A stretch of DNA of 62,811 nucleotides, counting the filler, from Vannella sp. (Eukaryota), in assembly GCA_023345925.1 (NCBI GenBank). It is 5 parts of 5 records of this genome, joined end to end, with 100 filler letters (N's around TTAATTAATTAA, not from the genome) between each part and the next. Parts side by side here need not be neighbours in the genome. Positions count along the whole stretch, not along the records: positions 1 to 26,508 come from JAJQQN010000225.1; 4 more parts are not named here. One strand, given 5' to 3'. The notes beneath the pieces are model-generated. The model was not told where the DNA came from. It did no database searches and saw only the letters and a list, made by a program, of their open reading frames with translations. Made by a program: the position numbers and the translations under genes. Positions 1 to 11,250 of this stretch are shown piece after piece (positions within the stretch are counted from its first letter, which is position 1; every line of letters starts with the position of its first letter).

Positions 1-31
1 TTGTGCGTACTCACAGTTATTTTTCCTCACT

Positions 32-724
32 ATGGACGAGCAGAAGTTCAGCTTGCTAAGCGATAAGGGTATTGTGCGCAATATGGAGCTGGGCAATGTC
101 ATCATTGAACCCTTTGTGCGCGAGAACCTCTCTACATCTTCGTATGATGTGACATTGGGTCCAAACTACTTCCGAGAAACCTCTCCAGAGCCTGGTCAGG
201 GCATTTACAACCCTTTCAGTGAATCCATGGTGCAGCGTGTCTGGGGAAAGCTGCAGTATGCTGAACTGGTCTCGGATTGGTACCAACGAACTGGCGGCAA
301 TCGGCTCGAGAACATCAGTGACGATGACCGCGTCATCTGGATAGCCCCTGGGGAAACCATTCTGGCCCACACGAACGAGTTCATTGGTGGACGAAACTCA
401 GTTACCACCATGATGAAGGCAAGATCTTCCTTGGGGCGCAACTTCATTGAAGTGTGCAAGTGCGCTGGCTGGGGAGATATTGGCTACACCAACCGTTGGA
501 CCATGGAGATCACAAACAACTCCCGTTTCTTCTCCATCCCCCTCATCGTGGGCCGTCGCGTAGCCCAGATCATCTTCTTCGACTCTGAAGGCACTTTGGA
601 AGGCTCTTCCTACGAGAAGTCTGGAAAGTATCAAAGCGACACGGACCTGGAAGTAGTCAAGAAGTCCTGGACACCTGACGCGATGCTCCCTCGCATGTTC
701 AAGGACAGGGAAATCCAAAAATAA
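32..724 (+). CDS. dcd: dCTP deaminase (trimeric dUTPase/dCTP deaminase superfamily), intronless
   Basis: Motifs LSDKGI, SSYDVTLG, ARSSLGR, AGWGDIGY, TMEITN (catalytic Glu), RVAQIIF and GKYQ occur in the canonical Dcd order. Confidence 0.88.
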   Translation: MDEQKFSLLSDKGIVRNMELGNVIIEPFVRENLSTSSYDVTLGPNYFRETSPEPGQGIYNPFSESMVQRVWGKLQYAELVSDWYQRTGGNRLENISDDDRVIWIAPGETILAHTNEFIGGRNSVTTMMKARSSLGRNFIEVCKCAGWGDIGYTNRWTMEITNNSRFFSIPLIVGRRVAQIIFFDSEGTLEGSSYEKSGKYQSDTDLEVVKKSWTPDAMLPRMFKDREIQK

Positions 725-793
725 CTAAATTCATTTGAGGCTTCTCCTTCATTTGCCCAAAATATCTCCAAAATATCCACTTTCTCGGCGTCC

Positions 794-2052
794 ATGTCGC
801 ACGCTAGTGGGATCCCTGGTAATCCTTCTGCAATGATGCTTGGTTTGAGGGACTTACTGGACTCGCAGTTGCCAAGAGCTTGGATGCTGACTTTGGAGAT
901 GCTCGCGAAGCAGGCAACGTCCGCTTTCTGAAGGTTCAGATCGTAGGGGGTGAGTGGGGCGAAGGAGGTTGGCTGTTTCTCACCAAAAGAACAGAGGAGA
1001 TGACGAAAACCGCCATTGTGAAGGATGTGGGAAACGCTGAAGAAGGTTTGTGAGACTTTGCTGGTCAAAAGAAACACCTGACCGAACATGTTCAGACTTT
1101 GGTCTTTTGCAAGCGCAACTTGAACGCGAGGCTCCTTGCTTCATCTTGTACAGACTTGACACTTCTAATGCTCAAGGAAAGGAGTGGCTTCTTATCTCCT
1201 ATGTACCCGACCGTTCTCCAGTCAAGTCTCGCATGCTTTACGCCTCGAGCCACGCTTCCTTGAAGCGAGAGCTTGGCATGTCCTTCTTCAGTGACGAACT
1301 ACATGGTTCTTCTCCTGTAAGAAGTGCGCTCTTGTTCTGCTCCTCTGGAGGCTAATTGCAGTCTGATTCTCAGGATGACATTACCTGGGAGCTTTACAAG
1401 CAGCACGATAAGAAGAAGGGTGTAGCTGACGCTCCATTGACTCAATCAGAGCAAAGCAAGGCCTCAACAGGCACAATGGAGATTGATCATGGCCACACCC
1501 GCGAGTATGTCCACTCTGTTCTCTTCCCCATGTCAGTTGAAGCAGCAACTGCCTTGAAGAACCTGAACAGCAAGAACGTCGTTCAGCTTCGTGTGGACTC
1601 TGAGAAGGAGACTATCGAACTGGGCAAAGCCTACTCGGCGACCACCGTGTCAGCTGTAGCCGAGCAGCTTCCAAAGGATGAGCCTTGCTTTGTCTTCTTC
1701 CAGTTTGAGCATCAACACGAAGGACAAACTGTCCGCCCTAACATCTTCATCTACTCTTGCCCCAACGCTTCGAAGGTCAAGGCCAAGATGTTGCACTCCA
1801 CTGTCAAGTCCGCCGCTATCGATGCTGCACAGGGACAAGGGGTCCCTGTTGAGAAGAAGGTATGCTACTCTACAGCCTTTCACCTCCCACACGCTCACAT
1901 TCGTCAAGATCGAAGTCACCGAGGCTGACGAATTAGTCGAGGAAGAGATCCTGCTGGAACTCCATCCACCCAACCGTGAGGTGAGCACCAAAGGCGACTT
2001 CAACCGCCCCTCTCGCCCTGGACGAGGCCGGCCAAGGGTGACCCGCCGTTAG
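794..2052 (+). CDS. TWF: Twinfilin (two ADF-H domains), 6 exons
   Basis: Start MSHASGIP; introns 819-868, 950-994, 1046-1095, 1317-1361 or 1373, 1860-1908. Motifs PCFILYRLD, WLLISYVPDRSPVKSRMLYASS, FIYSCP..SKVKAKMLHST and a basic tail FNRPSRPGRG. Confidence 0.93.
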
Positions 2053-2116
2053 GCACCATAATGACATGATAATTAAAACGTAATTGTCATTTTGTTCTCT
2101 CCTGGCAGGGCTGTCC

Positions 2117-3342
2117 ATGGCTGCGGTTGAGTTGGTGGACATCTCCATCGCAGAGGAGGATGCGCATGTGCGGCGGAGACGAGAGGAGTCGCAAGGACGG
2201 GAAGAATGGCAGATGCCGATCGAAGCGTTCACTTCCATGCTGAAAGAGGACTCTTCGATGGACCAGCTCAAGTGGAAGCAGAAGGACTTCTACAAACACC
2301 AGAACGAGATCATTCGATCCCTTCTCAAGGCTCAAGAGGAGGTCAGACGAGGTCAGAATGGTTTGGGAGCAACCGAAGCTGAACTCGATGCTCAAGAGGC
2401 CCTCAATCTCTCACGCAAGATCGCCATTTACGGCAGTGTCGTATGTAACGTGTTCCTCCTCATCCTGAAGGTATTTGCAGCGTACTTTTCAGGCTCTCTC
2501 TCGGTTATTGCGAGTGCGTTGGACTCCTTTTTGGACCTCCTCTCTGGCGCTATCATCTTTGTGACCGAGATTATGACGCTGCGCACTTCCCAAGAGGACT
2601 ATCCAGCAGGAAAGTCTCGGTTCGAACCCGTTGGGATTGTCATCTTCGCGGCGTGCATGTTCACAGCCACACTTCAACTCCTTTTGAGTTCCATTGAGGC
2701 ACTGATAGCTCAGGACCTCCACCTGATGGTAGACGGATGGACACTCGCAGTACTACTCACCACCATTGGCCTCAAATTCGTCCTCTGGATGTATTGCAGG
2801 AAAGTCAGTGGCAGCGAGGCGGTGAATGCCCTTTCCGTGGACCACCGCAATGACGTCATTTCCAACCTCTTCGGAGTCTCCACGGCGCTTTTAGGATATC
2901 ACTATCGATGGTGGATTGATCCTCTCGGCGCTGTCTTGATCTCTCTCTATTTAATGTTCATTTGGGCGCGCACAGGATATTGTAGGTGGCTTCCTAGCTC
3001 CTTTTGGGGGTTCGTGAGGTTGCTAATCGACTTGTAGCACAACTGAGTAGCTTGACGGGCAAGACAGCACCTCCTCAGCTCTTACAAACTCTCACTTTCA
3101 TTGCTCGCAATCATCATCCCGACATTGTGGCGATTGACACGGTCCGGGCCTACCATTACGGCTACAACTATATGGTAGAGCTGGACATCGTTCTCAGCCC
3201 TGACATGCCTCTTCGGATCGCCCACGACATTGGAGAGGCGCTCCAAAACAAGCTCGAATCGATTGAGCAAGTGGAACGGGCTTTTGTCCATTTGGATTAC
3301 GAGTTTGAACACAAGCCAGAGCATGCACAGTGCCTCTCTTGA
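2117..3342 (+). CDS. Cation diffusion facilitator, Mn-CDF/MTP8-11-like metal transporter, 2 exons
   Basis: SLSVIASALDSFLDLLSG, YPAGKSRFEPVG, DHRNDV, DTVRAYH, AHDIGEALQNKLE, VERAFVHLDYE..HKPEH; intron 2982-3037 joins the two ORFs in frame. Confidence 0.93.
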
Positions 3343-3420
3343 TGGCTTAGCTCTAATCAATGGCTCTTCACTTCATCGAGTGAGAAGGATTCCTCCCCAT
3401 TCATTTCTTGCTTGGCGTGC

Positions 3421-3868
3421 ATGGTCACGTGGGTGTGGCTGCTCGCGCTCCTCTCTCTAGCAGGGTCGCAGGTGGTGTCTGGGGACCGGGAAGGGGCTAA
3501 GCAGGAGGAGTGTTACGTTTCGGAGGAGTGCGCTGAGTGTGCAGTAGTTGAAATGGTGCGCCCATTTCGTTTTCGCTTTGTTGGAGGCTGCTGACATGTT
3601 CATGAAGGATCAAGAGTGGTGTCAAGCTACGGGGTACCGTAGGAGGGTGATCTGCGAGGTCCTCGATGACGAGGGACTGTATGAGCACCCTGAGAGATGG
3701 GAAAGCTGCGTGTTACGGCTTCCCCGTCACTCCTCCTCCTTCCTCTACTTCTGGGGAGTGATGTTTGCTCTCTTCTTAGCTTCCTATTGCGTCATTCTGA
3801 TCCGCAGACGCGCTCTACAACATGAACAAGAGCGGATAAGGTCCGCGAGTGGTCGGGGCGCGGTGTAA
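3421..3868 (+). CDS. JTB (jumping translocation breakpoint)-like small membrane protein, 2 exons
   Basis: Signal peptide, six-Cys ectodomain (EECAEC, C.ATGY...VIC, ESC), one TM helix and a basic tail IRRRAL; intron 3556-3607. Confidence 0.7.
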
Positions 3869-3907
3869 ATACATCTTTCAACGAGCTGTGGCACACGAAA
3901 GGGCTCT

Positions 3908-4712
<805 letters not shown>

Positions 4713-4784
4713 CCAATGACCTCGTCTCGTCCACCCAGCGGTGTTAGGCAAGGTGGCAGACCATTTCTTGGTGGCTGCGGAGGT

Positions 4785-7662
4785 ATGGCGGGTGTCCTGA
4801 CGTTTGAGCCGGTGGTGCGTCCGGAGGACGTTGTGGACGAGTTTATTGTCAAGCCGCAGGTTCAGTACTTTGAAAGGTTCGATGCTTTGAGGTAGGGTGG
4901 GTCTGGGGGACATGGGAGGGGCTTGTGGTGATGGTGGGGTTCAGGAAGGCGGCGGCGGAGAAGCTGTTGGGAAAGGGGCAGATGGAGGAGCTTACAAACA
5001 CCTTAAGTTCGTTAGTAGAGGTGAGTGGGAGGCTTTTGGTGGCAGGGAACAGTCCTGACGAGCGATGGTTGGGCAGCAAATGGACCGGAGGTTGATTATG
5101 GAGGACCATTATCGCAAGCTGGAGGCTGAGAAGCAGGCCAAAGAGGCTCTACAACTAGCCAAGAAGCTTGAAAGGAAGAGGGCTATGGAGGCCAAGGTCT
5201 TGGAGGAGGTTGTGAGGAGAAACTCCGAAGCGCAGGCGATTGATGGACTCCCCATCCTCCCTAATCGATCGCAGTCTGTCAGCCATGGCGCATACAACCC
5301 GGACATACCAATCACGACTCGTGCCAGTGCTGAAGAGGTGCTCCAAGCCCCGATCCAGCAACCATCCGATGGAACAGTTCCACCGCCATCTCCCACCATC
5401 AAGGAGGTCCTCCTCGAGCTAGTAGAACACACAAAGACGAAGGAAAACGAGTACCTGCAGTCAGGCCGTGCATCCCTCTTCCGTCTGAAGCTCTTCCGAG
5501 GCATCATTCGACAGTTGGTGCGCCCTTTCCACTCCTTTCACCTTCCCGTCTCACCAGGGCGGTCTCTCTAGCTAGGGGAACCTCATGAAGTAGTGAGTGT
5601 CTGCAAGGAACACCTTGAGAGCTCTCCATTGAGCCAGTTGGCAACCAAACATGCGGCTTTTGGGTTTGAGGACGGAGGGCATATGAAGGAGGCTCTGAGC
5701 ATGTTCCAACGTCTATTGACGATAACAGAGGAGGCTGAGATCCATGGACGCATCGGGGACATTCTCTACTTCCAAAGAGAGTATGAAAGAGCTTTTCATC
5801 ACTTCCGGATGGCTGTGGCTTTGGAGCCGCGGAGTGAAGTATCTCTCAGAAGACTAGAGAATGCTCGAAGGTTCTATGTTGCTCGGCTGGTCCGCACGTC
5901 TCTCCGAGAGGAGGATTTACAGGGACTCGAAGCGGCACCGCCTCGGGTAAGTCAGTCAGACTATTCCCTTCCTCCGGCCAGCCAAGCTCTTGTTGAGTTC
6001 TTCTCTCGATGGAAGAATGACGGGGAACCAGCTTCCCCTATAATTGGAGGATCCAGGGACGCCGCAAGTACCAATCTTATCACCCGAACCCGCAGAAGGG
6101 TTATGGCCAATCCAGCAGGCACTATTTCAAAAGCCCGCACAGAGGCCAGAGGTCTGGCTTCTAGATTGAATGAGGAAGTGTTTGTAGTCGCAGGTGACTT
6201 TCACTTCCAAGGGCGAGAAGTGGTGCCAAGCATTCCTGTTCGTTTGGCAAATGAGTTTAACGAGTGCTCGTTTCAATATGTCTCTTCGGCTGATCCCTCA
6301 GAAGACGTGAAGAGCTATTCAGCGGTGTGTTCAGGGCAAAGAGTCTCTTTGTACCCGTGGCTTCCTGGACACACAACCCGTGAAGGAGGAGCGATGACGG
6401 ATGTCTTTGGCATTGCTATTTATCCCAACATGATTGCTTCTGCTTTAGCCGACGGCTCATCGTGGGGCCACACTGCTAGGCAGGCGGCTACCCGCGCAGT
6501 GGAAGGTTTCTTGGCTGAGATTGTCAAGCACAGAAAGTCTCTTAGCAACACAGACAAAGCGCCACTCTCATTACTGCACTCTCTTGCTTCGGCTCACAAC
6601 AACATTTTGAGAAATGAAGGAGAAGCTAGTGAGATGGGAACCACCGCATTCCTCGGCGGTATTCTTCTTCCCCACGAAAAAAGCCCAGGAGAGTGGACTT
6701 ACATTGCAGCAGGCGTGGGGAACTGCAAGGCTTTCTGCGTTTCATCACTTTCACAACAAATCGTGGAAATAACCGGAATTGAGGAATCCGGTCAAGAGGC
6801 TGGATTCCTCGGTTCCATGGGTACGAATGGCATGCCAGACGTCAAAAACCTTCGGCTTTACTCTCATTGCTGCCGGGATGGGGACATTATCATCCTTGCA
6901 AGTGATGGAGTAACTGATAACTTCAATCCCCGCTATTTGGGAATATCCCCGCGAGACCTTAAACTTCCGATTGAGAATTGGGGCGATGTGAAGCCAATGG
7001 AAGTGAATCGAGCTGTTGCTCCTTTCATAGTCAACTCTATCGAGGGTAAAATTCATCAAAGTGGAGTAGTTCCCACCCCACATCGGTGCACTTTCGCATT
7101 GCTCAATAACGCACTTGAAACGACCCAAAAAAGCCGTAATTTCATGGAGCAGAACCCAACCAAGAAGCTTCCTGATGACTATTCTCTCTTTCCTGGGCAA
7201 TTGGACTTTGCTACTTGTCTGAGCTTTGCTGTTGGAACTTTCTCTTCACTCCACACGAGTTCACCCGATCTTTGGGATTATCACGTGGGAGTGGAAGAGG
7301 CTTTGGCTTCTGCATCCACCAAGCCACCATGTCTACATCCCTTCTCTGAGAACTCACCAATTTCGTTCCTGGTCGGAGAGTGCAAGAACGGCATTGTCAT
7401 TCTTTGTAGAACCTTAGCAAGAGGTATTCTACGATGTATGGCAGACGAAACCCAAGTTTACCTCAAGTTGCATCGGAGCAAAGCCAATTTGATGAAGTTG
7501 GCCCAGTTAACAGAAGGGTTCACACCTCTTCCAGGTTATTGTGAGATAACCCAATCGGTAGAACGAACAGTCCAACTTCCTGCACACATCGAGCCTTCTA
7601 CTCAATCGGTTGTGCAGGACCCAAGTGGTTTGTACATCATCCGCTTTGAGTACAAGAAGTGA
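4785..7662 (+). CDS. TPR-like + PP2C-like (CG9801-type) phosphatase with a C-terminal HSP20/alpha-crystallin-like domain, 4 exons
   Basis: Introns 4892-4944, 5021-5076, 5518-5571 keep frame. TPR-like [34 protein letters not shown]2C-like [43 protein letters not shown]. Confidence 0.75.
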
Positions 7663-7711
7663 GCCACTTACACTTCTTTATCGATTTAATCGTCTACACC
7701 AGGAGAGGTGG

Positions 7712-10700
7712 TTATGTCAAGGACGTTGGAACATAATATAACTCCCACAGCTTCATATCAACAGCTTCTGTTCGAGGGGACATTAAGTCTCTCTCAGTAG
7801 AACTCTCAAAGGATTGGTTGAGATAGTTAGGGCGATTCAACAGAATGTGCCAGAGAGAATGGGTCTTGTTGCGAACTTCAAACTCCTTTCGTTCTTGCTC
7901 TGTGTTGTAAAGGAATGTCCCAAACCGATTGGAGGTAAGATGCTCAAGAATAGCCAGAAGGAACCACTGGTTGAACTCAAAGAAAGTTGGGAACTGTTGA
8001 GTAAGCTGCCATACGCAGTCAATGAATTGGATAAAGATAGGCGAGCGTTCCTTATTCTTGGCATCCTCGTCACCCTGTCCCGTGCGGTCGGCAAATTTGT
8101 GTCCAAAGCCCAGCCAATCCTTCTCAATGAGGACACAGAAGCCTCGAATAGTGCGGAAATAGCCATCCATAATCAGTTGGCCAATGGAAGCCAACTGGGC
8201 AGTCCGATCCCAGCCGTCACTGCAATGTAAAACAACACTTTGCCCCTCCGCATGGATCTTTTCGGCGATACGGCAGCCGGAACGGAGAACAAGAGCTACA
8301 TGGTCGAGCCAGCAGGACGACAATGCAATTGTTGTAGAATTAGACGTTTCTGTATCGCTCTCACAAAGCTTCCGAAGTTTCTTTAAGCTATCTCTCATCA
8401 CGTGAATGTTTCCTATTCCCAAGAACTTGATCTTAACGGAGTAGGACTCAGCGCGGTAGTGTTCTATGTCCTCATATCCTGCCCCCTTTAAGCGGTTAGC
8501 CATAGCATTAATTTGAGGGCGCGCATCCATTATCCAGATAACGGGATTATCCGCTGAACAGATAAGGGCAAAGTATTTCTCCTCAGTACTAGACTTGCTG
8601 GACCTGAAACCCTGCATGGGCTGGCTGCATCGAAGGAAGGCAGCACCATTGGTTGGGTGAATCCAGGTCACTGCTGGAATCCTCTTTTTACTGCGGTGGA
8701 GCGCAATGGCCGCAATCTCTGCTTCTGAAGCAGCGTGTGGTTGCACCATTAGTTCTGGATAAGAAGGGCAAATGGCAAAGTTGCGATTGCCTTCAAAGAT
8801 GGCCCATTTGGTCTGGCGGTCGCGATATTGGCGGATCTGCCGTTCAAACTCCTTCTCTACCGAGTATAGACTCCATCCTTCATCGCGAACAAGATTAGAG
8901 CGATGAGCAAAGGCAAAAAATTGAGTTGGAAGCGGCATTGTCTGTTGAAGAGGGAAGGCGACGATCTTGATAAGTTCGATTATTGGCTGCGGGTCGCTCA
9001 CCGCCCCTCCCTCCCCCACTGGAGAGGTAGATAAGAAGTGATATCCACTTGTTGTTTGCTTTTTGGATGATTCAGGTTGGATCCAGTGCTTGCTGAAGAC
9101 CTCAAAGGCAAAGCAAGATTTGGTGTTATTCTCAAACTCCAAAAGGCCCAAGGAGTTAAGCTGTTCAATAGACCCGAGAGGGACACTCCATTGATATTTT
9201 TCTCTCAATTCTCCAAGCTCAGGAACAAAGAAGAGCCGATAGTTCGTCACGAAGAGCGTTCCAATAACGCATCGAATCCGGTTTGTCTCAGCCAAGTCAG
9301 CCAGTTGAGAGAGAATCTCTTCCTTAAATAGGAGCTCATCTTGAGCATAGTCCGAGGGTGGAATGCAGTTCGCGGGACGCATTGCGCTCCGAGTACTCTC
9401 AGGGAGGAAGATCCGCGCGCTCTTCCGGTAATCCTCCCGCATGATGCTATCCAATTCCTCCCCATTATCTAAAAGGGCCGTGCTAGAAGAGTTTGGACTC
9501 GCTGGTGATAAACCCATGGCAGCAAGGTAAGTCCTTGGAGGGACTGGAGGAGGTCCAGAAGGTGTTTCTGTTGCTGGTTTAGGCAGAGCCAGTAACTCTT
9601 CAGATGACTTTGATGGAGTTCCAGGGGTCTTCCTCGTTTTGTGAAAAGAGACAATTTCGAACAAACAAGAGGTTTCTGCACTTGTCCCGGAAGCTTGAAG
9701 GCGAGAACCGTCCCACCGTATCAGAAGGTCGTTGCAGGCCCGAATTGTGAAGCAATTCCCGCTTGTATAAACTATTTCGAACTGTTCCTCAATGAGGGAT
9801 CCCATGTCGGACTGGCTGTGACCGTGGAGAGGGAAACCTAAATGCCAAGTGCCTTCGATGTGTTGGTCCTTCCAACAAGTCAGATACCGACGGAATGAGC
9901 GTTGTGACACACCGGCACAAGAGTAGATACGACAAGTAGCACCTCCAACCTCAATAATAAGGGTCTCCAGCCCACCAGGGGCCGAAGCAGTGCAAGGTGC
10001 CTGAACACTTTCAGGGCGAACGGTCAGGAAGCGCCCAGTGCTCTTCGATCGGATGCCTCCTTTGATGCACAGTCGCAGGAGCTCTGCAGTGCTTACAGAA
10101 CTCTGTCTACACTCCAATAGGTGGTCATCCACATTAACCCCAAGGTACCGAGTGCTCACAGGGCATTGTAGAGAGAAGAAGTCGCCATGAAGGGTGATCT
10201 GGAACCAGCGTCGATCAAAGGAAGACGCAGTGGGCAGCAAGCGAACGGTAGAGTCATCAGCAACTGTCCAATACTTGTTGCGGAGCTTGAAAGCTACTTG
10301 TCCCGTGTGCTCGTCCCACTCTGGCTCAAAGCTCTCACGGGTTTCATTGACTGCTTCTGTGGCTCCTTTGTACTGGAGAGTGGCGTACATCTCGAGCGGC
10401 GCCTTCCCTTTCCAGACCATCATCGCTTGAGCGTTCTTCTTCTTCTTGGGAGTTTTGGCTACCAGATAGAGCTGGGTCTCTGCAGACTGAAACACAGCGC
10501 GTGGGAAGTGATGAAGGAACCAAAGCACGCGGTTTTGGTTGGCTTCCATGCCTTGTTGAGGGTGTAAAAGGGGCGTGATTGCTGGGGCGGTGGAGGAACC
10601 AGTTGAAGCAGAGGAAGCTGCATGCACAGCCGCAGAAGTAGCGCTATTAAGACCCCGAATCAGTCCACGAGAGAGGCTAACTCCAACGTTCTGGGCATTA

Positions 10701-10867
10701 TGAGAGAGACGAGCGGGTTTCGTTGAATCTCCCCGAGGCGACAAGACCAGAGGGAGAGGCGTTCGTTGTGGCTCAGAAGTAGGTCTTGGCAAAGGACTCC
10801 CTTCCAACAAAGCACCTCCAGTGGCTGGTGACGGCGAAGGGGAGACCGAAGCCCACCGCCCAGCCAT
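7712..10867 (-). CDS. Myotubularin phosphoinositide 3-phosphatase with N-terminal fascin-like beta-trefoil region and GRAM domain, intronless
   Basis: Catalytic HCSDGWDRT, CPSYP, RCSQP, DARP, NIHVMRDSL, EKDWLGFGHKF, ERSPIFIQF; GRAM GTLFVTNYRLFF. Start taken at MAGRW. Confidence 0.92.
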   Translation of the reverse strand: MAGRWASVSPSPSPATGGALLEGSPLPRPTSEPQRTPLPLVLSPRGDSTKPARLSHNAQNVGVSLSRGLIRGLNSATSAAVHAASSASTGSSTAPAITPLLHPQQGMEANQNRVLWFLHHFPRAVFQSAETQLYLVAKTPKKKKNAQAMMVWKGKAPLEMYATLQYKGATEAVNETRESFEPEWDEHTGQVAFKLRNKYWTVADDSTVRLLPTASSFDRRWFQITLHGDFFSLQCPVSTRYLGVNVDDHLLECRQSSVSTAELLRLCIKGGIRSKSTGRFLTVRPESVQAPCTASAPGGLETLIIEVGGATCRIYSCAGVSQRSFRRYLTCWKDQHIEGTWHLGFPLHGHSQSDMGSLIEEQFEIVYTSGNCFTIRACNDLLIRWDGSRLQASGTSAETSCLFEIVSFHKTRKTPGTPSKSSEELLALPKPATETPSGPPPVPPRTYLAAMGLSPASPNSSSTALLDNGEELDSIMREDYRKSARIFLPESTRSAMRPANCIPPSDYAQDELLFKEEILSQLADLAETNRIRCVIGTLFVTNYRLFFVPELGELREKYQWSVPLGSIEQLNSLGLLEFENNTKSCFAFEVFSKHWIQPESSKKQTTSGYHFLSTSPVGEGGAVSDPQPIIELIKIVAFPLQQTMPLPTQFFAFAHRSNLVRDEGWSLYSVEKEFERQIRQYRDRQTKWAIFEGNRNFAICPSYPELMVQPHAASEAEIAAIALHRSKKRIPAVTWIHPTNGAAFLRCSQPMQGFRSSKSSTEEKYFALICSADNPVIWIMDARPQINAMANRLKGAGYEDIEHYRAESYSVKIKFLGIGNIHVMRDSLKKLRKLCESDTETSNSTTIALSSCWLDHVALVLRSGCRIAEKIHAEGQSVVLHCSDGWDRTAQLASIGQLIMDGYFRTIRGFCVLIEKDWLGFGHKFADRTGQGDEDAKNKERSPIFIQFIDCVWQLTQQFPTFFEFNQWFLLAILEHLTSNRFGTFLYNTEQERKEFEVRNKTHSLWHILLNRPNYLNQSFESSTERDLMSPRTEAVDMKLWELYYVPTSLT

Positions 10868-11030
10868 CCAAAGAAATGACCCAATTAATGGAAAACAGAA
10901 TAATTCATTAAAACCAGTAAATTGGAAGGAAAGTGGCCAAAAGGGCATTTCTTGGAAGTCGTGAGGGCAGATGCACGGCAACGTTGCGAGATATGAAGAT
11001 CAGGGCCCTCCATCTCATCTGGAGATCGTT

Positions 11031-11213
11031 ATGGCATTGGGAGGTTTCGCCTGGGCGTACAAGTCACCTATCATCATGTTCATCACATCGGTGCTCTTCG
11101 TGAGCCAGGCTTCGATACCTCTTTATAGGTACTTTACCGACTCTTTCAAGCACCAGTAGTACCGACAGCTATCTCGCTTGACTATGCTGAGTCACCTACT
11201 AGAGTGTCCCTAA
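11031..11213 (+). CDS. Putative 40-aa single-TM microprotein, 2 exons
   Basis: ATG 11031, phase-0 GTGAGC donor at 11100, TAG acceptor at 11159, stop TAA overlapping AATAAA. Alternative acceptors give shorter products. Confidence 0.3.
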
Positions 11214-11250
11214 TAAAGGGGATCTTACGCGATCAACGGAGGACTTTATT

